Assembly (NCBI GenBank): GCA_038279365.1
Contig: JAYODI010000008.1
Location: 32,001 to 96,000 of the forward strand
DNA length: 64,000 nucleotides
DNA from: Candidatus Latescibacterota bacterium
GTDB taxonomy: Bacteria > Latescibacterota > UBA2968
Direction of reading: 5' to 3'
The translations under genes were made by a program, and so were the position numbers. Under the pieces are notes generated by a model. That model was not told the origin of the DNA, did no database searches, and saw nothing but the letters and a program-made list of their open reading frames with translations. Positions 1-9,630 of the stretch are shown one piece after another. Every line of letters starts with the position of its first letter. Within the stretch, counting starts at the first letter, position 1.

Positions 1-924
1 CATTACGGGCTTGTCAATCCGTTCCATACGATCCAAATACTTGGTCTTGTTCCTCGCCCTTTTTGCATTCTTCTCGCCCCCCCAAAATTCATACCTTTTA
101 ATCATCTCCTGCAATCGCTGCACCTCTTTTTGCTGATCGTCAAAAGCCGCCTTCTGCTTGATCAAATCGCGCATTTTCGCTGCGCGATAAGCCGAATAAT
201 TGCCTGCATACACAGCCGCTTTACCTTCTTCAATTTCAACAATGCGATTCACCACCCGATCAAGCAAATATCGGTCATGAGAAACCAACAGCACCGTACG
301 CCCCGAGTCCTTCAAAAACCCCTCTAACCACGACAACCCTTCAAAATCTAAATGATTGCCTGGTTCATCCAACAACACCAAATCGGGTTCACCCAACAAT
401 ACTTTGGCCAATCCCACCAAATTTTTCTCCCCGCCACTGAGCACACCAACCGGCCGATCTGCCCACCCCATAATGCCCAATCCATCCATAATTGCATCAA
501 TTTTTGCTTGGCTGGCATACCCATCGGCCCTGTCAAACACTTCTTGCAAATGGCTGTACCGATGCATCACCCGTTCCAATTCTTCTCCATCTGCCAAAGA
601 CATTTGTTGTTCCAACATCCGCATCTCCGACTGGATCTTACCCAAATTTTCAAACACGGAGGCGATTTCTTCACCAACCATTTCACCCGCTTCAAATATT
701 AAATGCTGAGCCAAATACCCCACGGATATGCCATTGGGTTTATTCACACTCCCTTCAATGGGTTTTTCAAGCCCCGCAATCATTTTTAAAAGCGTGGATT
801 TTCCACACCCATTCTCACCTATCAACCCGACCTTTTCACCCTTTTGTACTTTAAAAGACACATTGGTCAAAACGTCTTGCGCCCCAAAGGCCATTGCGAC
901 ATGATGCAATTCTAATATGGTCAT
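1..924 (-). CDS. ABC-F family ribosome-associated ATPase (N-terminal part; runs off the window edge)
   Basis: Translated by hand from the ATG at 924 (absent from the ORF track because there is no stop in the window): MTILELHHVAMAFGAQDVLTNVSF, Walker A GENGCGKS, arm region, LSGGE signature, LLDEPGNHLD, VSHDR, then a helical linker. No TM segments. Confidence 0.9.
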   Translation of the reverse strand, partial: MTILELHHVAMAFGAQDVLTNVSFKVQKGEKVGLIGENGCGKSTLLKMIAGLEKPIEGSVNKPNGISVGYLAQHLIFEAGEMVGEEIASVFENLGKIQSEMRMLEQQMSLADGEELERVMHRYSHLQEVFDRADGYASQAKIDAIMDGLGIMGWADRPVGVLSGGEKNLVGLAKVLLGEPDLVLLDEPGNHLDFEGLSWLEGFLKDSGRTVLLVSHDRYLLDRVVNRIVEIEEGKAAVYAGNYSAYRAAKMRDLIKQKAAFDDQQKEVQRLQEMIKRYEFWGGEKNAKRARNKTKYLDRMERIDKPVM

Positions 925-940
925 GATATCAATCTTTCAC

Positions 941-975
941 AAAAAAGGCTGTGATCACAAAAAGTGCCCACAGCC
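941..975 (-). terminator. Intrinsic-terminator-like hairpin in the ABC-F leader
   Basis: The minus strand reads GGCTGTGGGCAC-TTTTT-GTGATCACAGCC-TTTTTT, ending about 16 nt before the ABC-F ATG. Confidence 0.6.
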
Positions 976-1334
976 ATAAAATAATAAAAGCCGCGAAAAG
1001 ATCGCAGCCTAAATTTTTAAAATTATTATAGTTACATATTTTTAGGCAATATTTTTCCGTTCACACTTGGGCACACGTATCCTATAAAAAGCGATTTAGG
1101 ACGCGGCCTTTCTAACCAAATAAAGAACCACCAAATGGTGTTGATATGGTATTTGTGTGTAAGAAAAAATCATTACATATCCATTGGACTGAAATTCAAA
1201 AACACGCCCAGAAACAGTGCATTCACAAACCAATGTCAAGCCATTGAAAGATGAATGCATGGGTTGTTCTGCGTATAGACATAGACAATGCCACGAAACA
1301 AATGGTTTCATCAAAATCACAAAAAGGCGATCTC

Positions 1335-2732
1335 TTAAATATGAATCGCCTCATTTGCGACGGCCAAAGCCGCTTCTTTCACGGCTTCAGGCATCGTTGG
1401 ATGTGCGTGCATCGTGCGTGCAATATCTTCAGCACTGGCCGAAAAGGCCATCGCCACAACCCCCTCGGCAAGCATGTCGGAAGCGCGTGCAGCCAAAATA
1501 TGTATGCCCAATACCCGATCTGTTTTTTCATGTGCAATCATCTTCACCAAACCATCTGTGGCATCCAAACTGTGCGCCCGCCCATTGGCCAAAAAAGGAA
1601 ATTTACCCACCTTATACGGAATCCCTTTATCCTTCACTTGCTCTTCCGTTAGTCCAACAGACGCCAATTCGGGGTGTGTATACACCACATTGGGAATCAC
1701 ATCATAATCAACATGGCCTGCATGTCCAGCCATTAATTCTACAGCGGCCACACCCTCTTCTTCGGCTACATGCGCCAACATCGGCCCAGGAATCACATCG
1801 CCAATGGCATAAACACCTTTCAAATTGGTTTCAAATTTTTCATTTACAGGAATAAACCCGCGTTCATTCACCTCCAAACCCACGGCATCGGCACCCAACC
1901 CCTCCGTGTTGGGTTTGCGCCCAACAGCCACCAACAACCGATCACACACCACCTGAGCAGTCTTCTCGCCTTGCTTTAGAGAAACCGTCACTTTGCCATT
2001 TTTAACCGTAGCAGATTCTGCACGGGTTTCGAACTGGAATGTCAAACCTTGCTTTTCCAGCAATTTCTGCAGACCATCTGAAAGTTCGCGATCCATCGCA
2101 GGTGTAATGCGGTCTAAAAATTCCACCACAGTTACCTCTGCACCCAATCGGTTCCACACAGATCCCAATTCCAACCCAATGGCTCCCGCCCCAATGACCA
2201 CCATTTTGGAGGGCACATCGTCCAATGCCAAAGCTTCTGTCGAACTTATGACATATTTTCCATCATAATCTAACCCAGGCAAGGTGATGGGGGAACTGCC
2301 CGTTGCAATCAAAATGCGCTCAGCTGTAAGCGTTTCTTTACCTTTTTTGCCTTCCACTTCCACTTTGCCTTCACCAGCCAAACGCCCCAAACCTTCAATA
2401 TGGGTCACCTTATTTTTGCGAAACAAACCCCGAATCCCCCCCGTCATCTGTTTCACAATGCCATCTTTGCGTTTCATCATACTGGCCAAATCAAGGGAAA
2501 CCTGACCTGTTTTGATGCCATGTTTTTCAAATGACGATTGGGCTTGATGCAACAATTCACTCGACTCTAACAACGCTTTGCTCGGAATACAACCCACATT
2601 TAAACACGTGCCTCCCAAAGAGCCTTTTTCTACACAGGCCACATCAAACCCCAACTGAGCAGCACGAATCGCAGCCACATATCCACCAGGCCCAGCACCA
2701 ATCACAATGATGTCAAATTTTTTATCAGCCAA
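1335..2732 (-). CDS. lpdA: Dihydrolipoyl dehydrogenase (E3)
   Basis: GAGPGG FAD motif, GGTCLNVGCIPSK redox disulfide, HAHPTMPE. Start placed at TTG 2732, after a GAGGTG SD. Confidence 0.97.
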   Translation of the reverse strand: MADKKFDIIVIGAGPGGYVAAIRAAQLGFDVACVEKGSLGGTCLNVGCIPSKALLESSELLHQAQSSFEKHGIKTGQVSLDLASMMKRKDGIVKQMTGGIRGLFRKNKVTHIEGLGRLAGEGKVEVEGKKGKETLTAERILIATGSSPITLPGLDYDGKYVISSTEALALDDVPSKMVVIGAGAIGLELGSVWNRLGAEVTVVEFLDRITPAMDRELSDGLQKLLEKQGLTFQFETRAESATVKNGKVTVSLKQGEKTAQVVCDRLLVAVGRKPNTEGLGADAVGLEVNERGFIPVNEKFETNLKGVYAIGDVIPGPMLAHVAEEEGVAAVELMAGHAGHVDYDVIPNVVYTHPELASVGLTEEQVKDKGIPYKVGKFPFLANGRAHSLDATDGLVKMIAHEKTDRVLGIHILAARASDMLAEGVVAMAFSASAEDIARTMHAHPTMPEAVKEAALAVANEAIHI

Positions 2733-2748
2733 AGAACACCTCATTTTT

Positions 2749-2885
2749 AAAGACAGGCAAATACCAGATGGCAGGTCCCCCTATCCAACCCATCAAAATG
2801 ATCATTTTAAAAGAGTGACATCATTTATACGAATAGGGTTTGGATGGTGTTACATTTGCCGTCTTACGTCTGCCGTTTGCCGTTT
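2749..2885. repeat. Two inverted arrays of degenerate 7-bp repeats
   Basis: 2851-2885 on the minus strand reads AAACGGC AAACGGC AGACGTA AGACGGC AAATGTA. 2756-2776 on the plus strand reads GGCAAAT ACCAGAT GGCAGGT. Confidence 0.65.
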
Positions 2886-2888
2886 CTC

Positions 2889-4130
2889 CTACACCCCCAA
2901 CATCATACGTGCCGGATCTTCGAGCATTTGTTTGAGTCGCACCAAAAACTTCACGGATGTTTCACCATCTATTAAGCGGTGATCATACGTCAATGCCAAA
3001 TACATCATGGGGCGAATCACCACTTCACCATTAAGAGCAATAGGACGTTGTTGAATATTGTGCATACCCAAAATGCCCGTTTGGGGTTGATTGAGTATGG
3101 GCGTTGACAACATCGAACCAAACACCCCACCATTGGTAATCGTAAAGGTCCCTCCGCTCAAATCATTCAACCCCAGCTTGCCATCACGCGCCGCCGATGC
3201 CACTCTTTTAATTTCCGTTTCAATTTGGTCTAAAGACATCTTTTCGGTGTGCTTTAAAACCGGCACCACCAACCCGCGCGGCGTGCCAACAGCAATGCCC
3301 ATATGTACATAATCGTGATACAAAACATCTGTGCCATCAATGCTGGCATTGACCGCCTCAAATTCTTGCAATGCCAACACACTGGCACGCACAAAAAACG
3401 ACATTAACCCCAATGAGACCCCGTGTACTTCTTGAAAACGCTCTTTGTACTTGGTGCGCAAATCAAAAATACCTGTCATATCCACTTCATTAAAAGTGGT
3501 CAACATCGCGGCATTTTGTTGGGCCGCCACCAAATGCTGTGCAATGCGTTGGCGAATTTTACTCATAGGCTCACGCCGCACCCCATCTCCAGATGCTTGG
3601 GGCATTGGGGCTGGTTTTGCAGGCGTTTGAGGTGCCGGATCCTCTTGGGGTGCTTCTTTTGCATTTTCAGATGGCGTTTGCGTTTCTAAATGATTCAGCA
3701 CATCTTCTTTGGTCAACCGACCCTCTCTGCCCGTTCCCTTAATTTGTGTGGGATCCAAATCATTTTCGGTCACCAATCGTCTCACGGCAGGGCTGAGCCC
3801 GCCTTCATCCTCGTCTTTTACAACAGGCGTTTTTGTTTCTTCTTTTTTCTGTTCGGGGGCTGGTTTGGCCGCTCCCCCCCCTGCCGATGGTTTGCCTTCA
3901 GGGTCAATTTGACCAATGGCTTCCCCCACCTGAATCGTGTCTCCATCTGATTTAGAATGGGACAAAATACCTGCCTCTGGCGCGGGCAGTTCCACATCGG
4001 CTTTGTCCGTTTCAAGAACCGCTATCGGTTCATCCATTTCAACAGCTTCACCATCGGCTTTGAGCCATTCTACCAATATGGCCTCTGTAACAGACTCACC
4101 CAATTCTGGAATCACCACATCAACGGGCAT
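2889..4130 (-). CDS. sucB: 2-oxoglutarate dehydrogenase E2, dihydrolipoyllysine succinyltransferase
   Basis: Lipoyl domain (LETDKA), E3-binding [21 protein letters not shown], catalytic YDHRLIDG. Confidence 0.96.
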   Translation of the reverse strand: MPVDVVIPELGESVTEAILVEWLKADGEAVEMDEPIAVLETDKADVELPAPEAGILSHSKSDGDTIQVGEAIGQIDPEGKPSAGGGAAKPAPEQKKEETKTPVVKDEDEGGLSPAVRRLVTENDLDPTQIKGTGREGRLTKEDVLNHLETQTPSENAKEAPQEDPAPQTPAKPAPMPQASGDGVRREPMSKIRQRIAQHLVAAQQNAAMLTTFNEVDMTGIFDLRTKYKERFQEVHGVSLGLMSFFVRASVLALQEFEAVNASIDGTDVLYHDYVHMGIAVGTPRGLVVPVLKHTEKMSLDQIETEIKRVASAARDGKLGLNDLSGGTFTITNGGVFGSMLSTPILNQPQTGILGMHNIQQRPIALNGEVVIRPMMYLALTYDHRLIDGETSVKFLVRLKQMLEDPARMMLGV

Positions 4131-4153
4131 AACCATTCCTCTCTTTATAATAT

Positions 4154-6883
4154 TCAAACATCCAGTGATGTTTCAACAATTTCCTGCTGTTCTGCTTGAT
4201 GTACTTTTTGAACACCTGTTGCCGTTGCCGCCGTTGGTCTTCGTCCAATATAACGCACAGAACCCTTATTGTTTAACAGTTTGCGCAACTTAGGTTCCAT
4301 AAAGTCCCAACTGCCCATATTTTGAGGTTCTTCCTGAACCCAACATACTTCTGTTTCGCCATATTTTTTTAAAATGGCTTCTGTCTCTGTCCACGGAAAC
4401 GGATAATGCTCTTCAATCCGCACAAGGGCCACATTGTCTGTTCCCCGTTCTTCACGGCCTGCCGTAAGATCGAAAAACACTTTGCCCGTACAAAAAACAA
4501 CGCGCTTTACCTTTTTAGGGTCTGGACTTGCGGGATCATCTAAGATGGGTTGAAATGCGCCAGTTGTTAAATCGTCCATTGTTGAAGTCGAATCTTTATG
4601 GCGCAACAAGCTCTTGGGCATCATCAAAATGAGGGGTTTGCGAAATGGTCGCAACATTTGTCGACGCAACAAATGAAAATATTGTGCGGGTGTTGTGGGA
4701 CACCCCACTTGCATATTGTCTTCGGCGCATTGTGCCTGATACCGCTCTAAGCGTGCACTGGAATGCTCTGGGCCCTGCCCCTCAAACCCGTGGGGCAACA
4801 ACATCACCAACCCACTCATCTTTTGCCATTTGGCTTCCGAACTCGAAATGAACTGATCCACTATCGCTTGGGCCCCATTGGCAAAATCTCCAAATTGTGC
4901 TTCCCAAATGGTCAGCTTATGAGGGTTTGCATAACTCACACCATATTCAAAACCCAAAACTGCCAATTCGGATAACATCGTATTAATAACAGTAAATGTG
5001 CCCTGCCCTTCAGACAAGTGACTTAAGGGTGCATGCAATTGTCCATTTTTCACATCGTGCCACACCGCATGACGGTGACTAAATGTGCCTCGTTGCGAAT
5101 CTTGCCCAGCCAATCGCACATCTGTGCCTTCATCCAACAAACTGCCAAATGCCAACATTTCAGCGCAACCCCAATCAATGGGCACTTGCCCTTCAACCAT
5201 TTCCAAACGTGTATCCAAAAGGCGCTGCATTTTGCGATAAATATTGAATCCTTCAGGTACAGTGCAAGCTTTTTGCGCTATTTCAACTAATTTTTTCTTG
5301 GGCACTGCGGTCTTTGCACTGCGGTCTTTGCCTGCTTTTCCCAACCCTTTCCACAATCCACCAAATGGCGCAACCCCCGCTGGCGCACCTTTTTGCTTCG
5401 CCTCTGCTTGCCCTGCCTCCAACAAATCTCGGGCGCGTTTTCTCATGCCATCTACTTCTTCTTGGCTCACCACATTTTGTGCAACCAAACGGTCTGCATA
5501 CAGCTTGGCCACGGTAGGGTGTTTGGCAATTTCGGCATATTGCACAGGCTGTGTAAACACCGGATCATCGGTTTCATTGTGTCCATAACGGCGATAACAC
5601 CACATATCAATAATCACATCATTTTTTACTGCTTGTCGATATGTCATCGCCATGCGGGCCGTATGAACAACCGCCTCGGGGTCATCGCCATTGACATGAA
5701 AAACAGGCAATTTGACAATTTTGGCCACATCGGTTGGGTAAGAGGTAAAACGCGATTCTCTGGGCAATGCCGTAAACCCAATTTGATTATTGACAATGAT
5801 ATGAATGGTACCACCATTGTCATAACTCTCTAAATGAGACAGACAAATCGTCTCTGGCACAATGCCTTGCCCAGCAAAAGAAGCATCTCCATGAATCAAC
5901 AATGGCACCACATGATGATGTTGGATATCTTTGCGCATTTCTTGCTTGGTATAAACAATGCCCTCAATCACAGGGTTTACCAACTCCAAATGACTTGGGT
6001 TTGGCGTAAGCCCCAAATGCACCTTTTTTTCATCTCTTGTAATATAGTCATGTGCAAACCCCATATGATACTTCACATCACCCGACCCTTCACTGCGATC
6101 CAACTCAACCCCCTCAAACTCGGCAAGCATCATGCTATATGGCTTGCGCATCACATGCGCCAATACATTTAAACGCCCACGATGCGCCATACCCATCACC
6201 ATTTCTTGCACATCCAATGCCGCACCTGTTTCGATAAGAGCATGCAACATCGGAATCAAACTGTCTCCACCTTCTACCGAAAACCGTTTGTAACCAATAT
6301 ATTTGGTATGTAAAAATTGCTCAAATTCTTCGGCTTCAATCAACTGATACAAAATGGCCTTACACTGTTCGCCCGTAAACTTTGGGCGATTTAAAATGGG
6401 CTCCATTTGTCGCTCGAGCCATTCGCGCTGACTCTTATATGGAATTTCAGAAAACTCTACCCCAATGGATCCACAATACGTCTGCCGCAACTTGGCCAAC
6501 AAATCGCGCAAACTCCCATCCGTTTGTCCCAAAAAACCACCCTGCCCAACTTGGCGATCCAAATCATCATCGGAAAAACCATATTCGCCCAAATCGAGCA
6601 ATGGATGAGGCGGTCGGGTATAGCTCATTGGGGCCAAGTCGGCAATCATATGCCCCCACGTGCGATAAGCATTTACCAATGAAATCGCCCCGCGATCTGC
6701 CGATGGTTTGTCATTCCCCTCAGAAGTGCTCCCCTGCCTTACTTGACCATCGACTCCCAAATCGAAACCAGCAAAAAAAGCCCGCCATCCATCATCAACG
6801 GAGGCAGGATCGGACTGATATTGGTGATAAAGTTGCTCTATATATTCTACATTCGATATTTGAGAAACATCAAAAGGCGTCAT
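4154..6883 (-). CDS. sucA: 2-oxoglutarate dehydrogenase E1
   Basis: [51 protein letters not shown]. Confidence 0.97.
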   Translation of the reverse strand: MTPFDVSQISNVEYIEQLYHQYQSDPASVDDGWRAFFAGFDLGVDGQVRQGSTSEGNDKPSADRGAISLVNAYRTWGHMIADLAPMSYTRPPHPLLDLGEYGFSDDDLDRQVGQGGFLGQTDGSLRDLLAKLRQTYCGSIGVEFSEIPYKSQREWLERQMEPILNRPKFTGEQCKAILYQLIEAEEFEQFLHTKYIGYKRFSVEGGDSLIPMLHALIETGAALDVQEMVMGMAHRGRLNVLAHVMRKPYSMMLAEFEGVELDRSEGSGDVKYHMGFAHDYITRDEKKVHLGLTPNPSHLELVNPVIEGIVYTKQEMRKDIQHHHVVPLLIHGDASFAGQGIVPETICLSHLESYDNGGTIHIIVNNQIGFTALPRESRFTSYPTDVAKIVKLPVFHVNGDDPEAVVHTARMAMTYRQAVKNDVIIDMWCYRRYGHNETDDPVFTQPVQYAEIAKHPTVAKLYADRLVAQNVVSQEEVDGMRKRARDLLEAGQAEAKQKGAPAGVAPFGGLWKGLGKAGKDRSAKTAVPKKKLVEIAQKACTVPEGFNIYRKMQRLLDTRLEMVEGQVPIDWGCAEMLAFGSLLDEGTDVRLAGQDSQRGTFSHRHAVWHDVKNGQLHAPLSHLSEGQGTFTVINTMLSELAVLGFEYGVSYANPHKLTIWEAQFGDFANGAQAIVDQFISSSEAKWQKMSGLVMLLPHGFEGQGPEHSSARLERYQAQCAEDNMQVGCPTTPAQYFHLLRRQMLRPFRKPLILMMPKSLLRHKDSTSTMDDLTTGAFQPILDDPASPDPKKVKRVVFCTGKVFFDLTAGREERGTDNVALVRIEEHYPFPWTETEAILKKYGETEVCWVQEEPQNMGSWDFMEPKLRKLLNNKGSVRYIGRRPTAATATGVQKVHQAEQQEIVETSLDV

Positions 6884-7010
6884 AATCATTTGTCCTTTGG
6901 CCAAAGCACTATTGATGGCACTTTGCTGAGATCATCGCAATCACATCTCAACCAAGCGCAGGCGAACACCACGTCCCACCCCGATCTCATGGCGTGTCAG
7001 GTTGCTCAAA

Positions 7011-7039
7011 AATGTAACACCCATTGATTGTAATGTCAA
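7011..7039 (-). promoter_or_regulatory. sigma70-type promoter for sucAB-lpdA
   Basis: Minus strand TTGACA-17 nt-TACATT, with a TGn extended -10. Confidence 0.7.
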
Positions 7040-7150
7040 GTTTAACAACCATTAAGTCTCCAAACCTCTCGGCATATGACCGATCTTGCCATCTGTATCA
7101 TCTTGATTGAGATACCACCCAAAAGTCAATAAACCTAAGGTAATTTTCGC

Positions 7151-7180
7151 TTGACAGAAAACCAATACGTTGTGTAATTT
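7151..7180 (+). promoter_or_regulatory. sigma70-type promoter for the ilvN-leu leader
   Basis: TTGACA at 7151, then TGTAAT (16-nt spacer) or TAATTT (18-nt spacer). Confidence 0.55.
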
Positions 7181-7234
7181 AATTCCTTATCGAATTTTAC
7201 AAACATCCTTCTATTTTCATTAGGCTTACGACCT

Positions 7235-7405
7235 ATGAACCAAACACTTACAAGAAGCCTCTTCCACAAGCACGATACAACCCTTGAAGGGGCTGCCAGC
7301 TTAACTCTCCCACATCCTCGTCTCTCTGCAGGGGCAAAGGCCCTTGCCTTGATCCTTCCCATGCTCGCGAGCCTTATTGCGGCCATTTTAATCATTGCCC
7401 AATAA
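7235..7405 (+). CDS. Small Leu/Ile-rich ORF (56 aa; 14 aa from the internal ATG at 7361); candidate leader peptide or tail-anchored microprotein
   Basis: MNQTLTRSLFHKHDTTLEGAASLTLPHPRLSAGAKALALILPMLASLIAAILIIAQ*, lying between the promoter and ilvN. Too short for the ORF track. Confidence 0.5.
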   Translation: MNQTLTRSLFHKHDTTLEGAASLTLPHPRLSAGAKALALILPMLASLIAAILIIAQ

Positions 7406-7508
7406 TTAGGCTCATCCAACACACCCATCATAACCAAATGCGGATAGAGCCTGTGCCCAAACCAATGTGCATTTGCTACCGATACTTTATGCCCGAAGGA
7501 AATTAAAA

Positions 7509-7997
7509 ATGCCCCAAAAACACACCATTTCAGCCCTCGTAGAAAACCATTTTGGCGTCTTGTGTCGCATTGCAGGTTTGTTCTCCAGCCGCGGGTTCAA
7601 CATCGACAGCCTATCGGTTGGTGAAACAGAAGATCCCAAAATATCCCGCATGACCATTGTGGTGCGGGGCGATGACAGCGTTTTGGAACAAGTCGTCAAA
7701 CAGCTCAACCGCCTTATAGATGTAATCCGGGTGATCGACATCACCCAAGGCACATTTATCGAGCGCGAGTTAACGCTCATCAAAGTCAAGGCCGATCCAA
7801 CCACCCGCACAGAAATCATTCAAATTGCCGAAGTGTTTCGATCCAGCATCGTCGATGTATCGTCTCACTCTCTCACCATTGAGGTCACTGGCCGCCGAGA
7901 CAAAGTACAAGCCATTATAGGCATGCTCACACCCTACGGGATTGAAGAGATTGCCCGCACAGGCACCGTAGCCTTGCTTCGTGACTCAGTATCTTAA
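7509..7997 (+). CDS. ilvN: Acetolactate synthase small (regulatory) subunit
   Basis: ACT domain LVENHFGVLCRIAGLFSSRGFNIDSL, ERELTLIKV, EIARTG. Confidence 0.95.
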   Translation: MPQKHTISALVENHFGVLCRIAGLFSSRGFNIDSLSVGETEDPKISRMTIVVRGDDSVLEQVVKQLNRLIDVIRVIDITQGTFIERELTLIKVKADPTTRTEIIQIAEVFRSSIVDVSSHSLTIEVTGRRDKVQAIIGMLTPYGIEEIARTGTVALLRDSVS

Positions 7998-8045
7998 AAA
8001 TAACAAACTGAAATTTGTATATAAGAAACAAGGATACACAATCTT

Positions 8046-9599
8046 ATGGCAAAAACAGATAACAGCAATCGTGTCATCATCTTTGATACCACCTTACGAG
8101 ATGCCGAACAAACCCCAGGGGCATCCCTCACCGTACGTGAAAAAGTGGAAATAGCCCACCAACTTGCAAAACTCAACGTCGATGTGATAGAGGCCGGTTT
8201 TCCCATTTCATCCGATGAAGACTTTACGGCCGTTCGGCGCATAGCCCAAGAAGTAAATGGCCCCATCGTTTGCGGTCTGGCACGTGCCATAACAAAAGAC
8301 ATCGACCGTGCGGGTGAAGCACTTAAAGGCACAGCCAAACCCCGCATCCACACATTTATTGGCACCTCCCCTCATCATATTTCTATGGTGCGCAAATCAC
8401 CTGAAGATGTGCTTAAAATGGCCGTTGATGCGGTTGCACACGCCAAATCGCACTGTGAAGACATCGAATTTTCACCCATGGATGCGGCACGCACAGAACC
8501 CAATTACCTTTATGAAGTCATTGAGGCCACCATTGCTGCAGGTGCCACCACCATCAATATTCCCGACACCGTGGGATATGCCGTACCCGAACAATTTGGC
8601 GCACTGATACGCAATATTTGTGAAAAAGTACCCAATGTTGATCAAGCCATACTCAGTGTACACTGCCATGACGATTTGGGCATGGCCACCATCAATGCCC
8701 TGGCGGCTTTGACCCATGGAGCCCGCCAAGTGGAATGTACCATGAATGGCTTAGGCGAACGTGCGGGCAACACCTCCCTTGAAGAAGTGGTGATGGCCAT
8801 TGCCACACGGGGCGATTATTTTGGCCTGCACACCAACATTAAAACCACCGAAATTGTGACCACCAGCCGTTTGGTCAGCCGTCTCATGGGCATTGTTGTC
8901 CCCCCCAACAAACCCATAGTAGGTGCAAATGCCTTTGCACACAGTTCAGGAATTCATCAAGATGGCGTGCTTAAATCACGTGAAAACTTTGAAATTATGG
9001 ATCCCACATCTGTGGGTTGGACAGAATCAAGCATTGTACTGACGGCACGTTCTGGCCGCCATGCATTGCGACATCGCTTAGAAGAATTGGGCTTCAAACT
9101 CAACCAAGAAGAAATCGACCAAGCTTACGAGCGCTTTGTTAAAGTGGCCGATAAGAAAAAAGAGGTCTTTGATGAAGACCTCATGGCCATTGTTGAAGAC
9201 GAAATGCGCGACACATCGGTGCGCTACAAACTCGATTATTTGCACACCATCAGCGGTACCAGCACGGTGCCCTCGGCTACCGTTCGCCTTCTTATTGACG
9301 ATGGCACCGTGGTGCAAGAATCGGCTTGGGGTGATGGCCCTGTGGATGCAACCTTCCAGGCCATTAAAATTGCCCTCAAATCGGATGTCAAAGTAAAAGA
9401 ATATGGCATTCGGGCAATTACAAGCGGTGCAGAAGCAATGGGCGAAGTGACGGTAACCCTCACCAGTGACATAAACGAGGCCAAAGGACGCGGCATTTCA
9501 ACAGATGTGATAGAGGCAAGTGCCAAAGCCTTTTTAGATGCCCTCAATCACTTATTCGTAAAACAAAACTTTAAAAAAGAACACGAACCTACGATTTAA
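8046..9599 (+). CDS. leuA: 2-isopropylmalate synthase
   Basis: FDTTLRDAEQTPG, HCHDDLG, NGLGERAGN, HSSGIHQDG, C-terminal regulatory GDGPVDA. Confidence 0.95.
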   Translation: MAKTDNSNRVIIFDTTLRDAEQTPGASLTVREKVEIAHQLAKLNVDVIEAGFPISSDEDFTAVRRIAQEVNGPIVCGLARAITKDIDRAGEALKGTAKPRIHTFIGTSPHHISMVRKSPEDVLKMAVDAVAHAKSHCEDIEFSPMDAARTEPNYLYEVIEATIAAGATTINIPDTVGYAVPEQFGALIRNICEKVPNVDQAILSVHCHDDLGMATINALAALTHGARQVECTMNGLGERAGNTSLEEVVMAIATRGDYFGLHTNIKTTEIVTTSRLVSRLMGIVVPPNKPIVGANAFAHSSGIHQDGVLKSRENFEIMDPTSVGWTESSIVLTARSGRHALRHRLEELGFKLNQEEIDQAYERFVKVADKKKEVFDEDLMAIVEDEMRDTSVRYKLDYLHTISGTSTVPSATVRLLIDDGTVVQESAWGDGPVDATFQAIKIALKSDVKVKEYGIRAITSGAEAMGEVTVTLTSDINEAKGRGISTDVIEASAKAFLDALNHLFVKQNFKKEHEPTI

Positions 9600-9630
9600 T
9601 CAGCACCCACAGAGAGGATGAAAAGCGATC

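Noticed and set aside
1-924. Possible frameshift or pseudogene, since the ABC-F is missing from the ORF track and has a C7 run at 77-83
   Set aside because: Manual translation stays in frame from 924 to 1. It is missing only because the stop lies outside the window.
1096-1320. 74-aa minus-strand ORF downstream of lpdA
   Set aside because: No SD, no recognisable motif, and atypical composition; probably spurious.
7135-7437. 100-aa minus-strand ORF upstream of sucA
   Set aside because: Antisense to the ilvN promoter and leader, with no motif; the plus-strand reading explains the region better.
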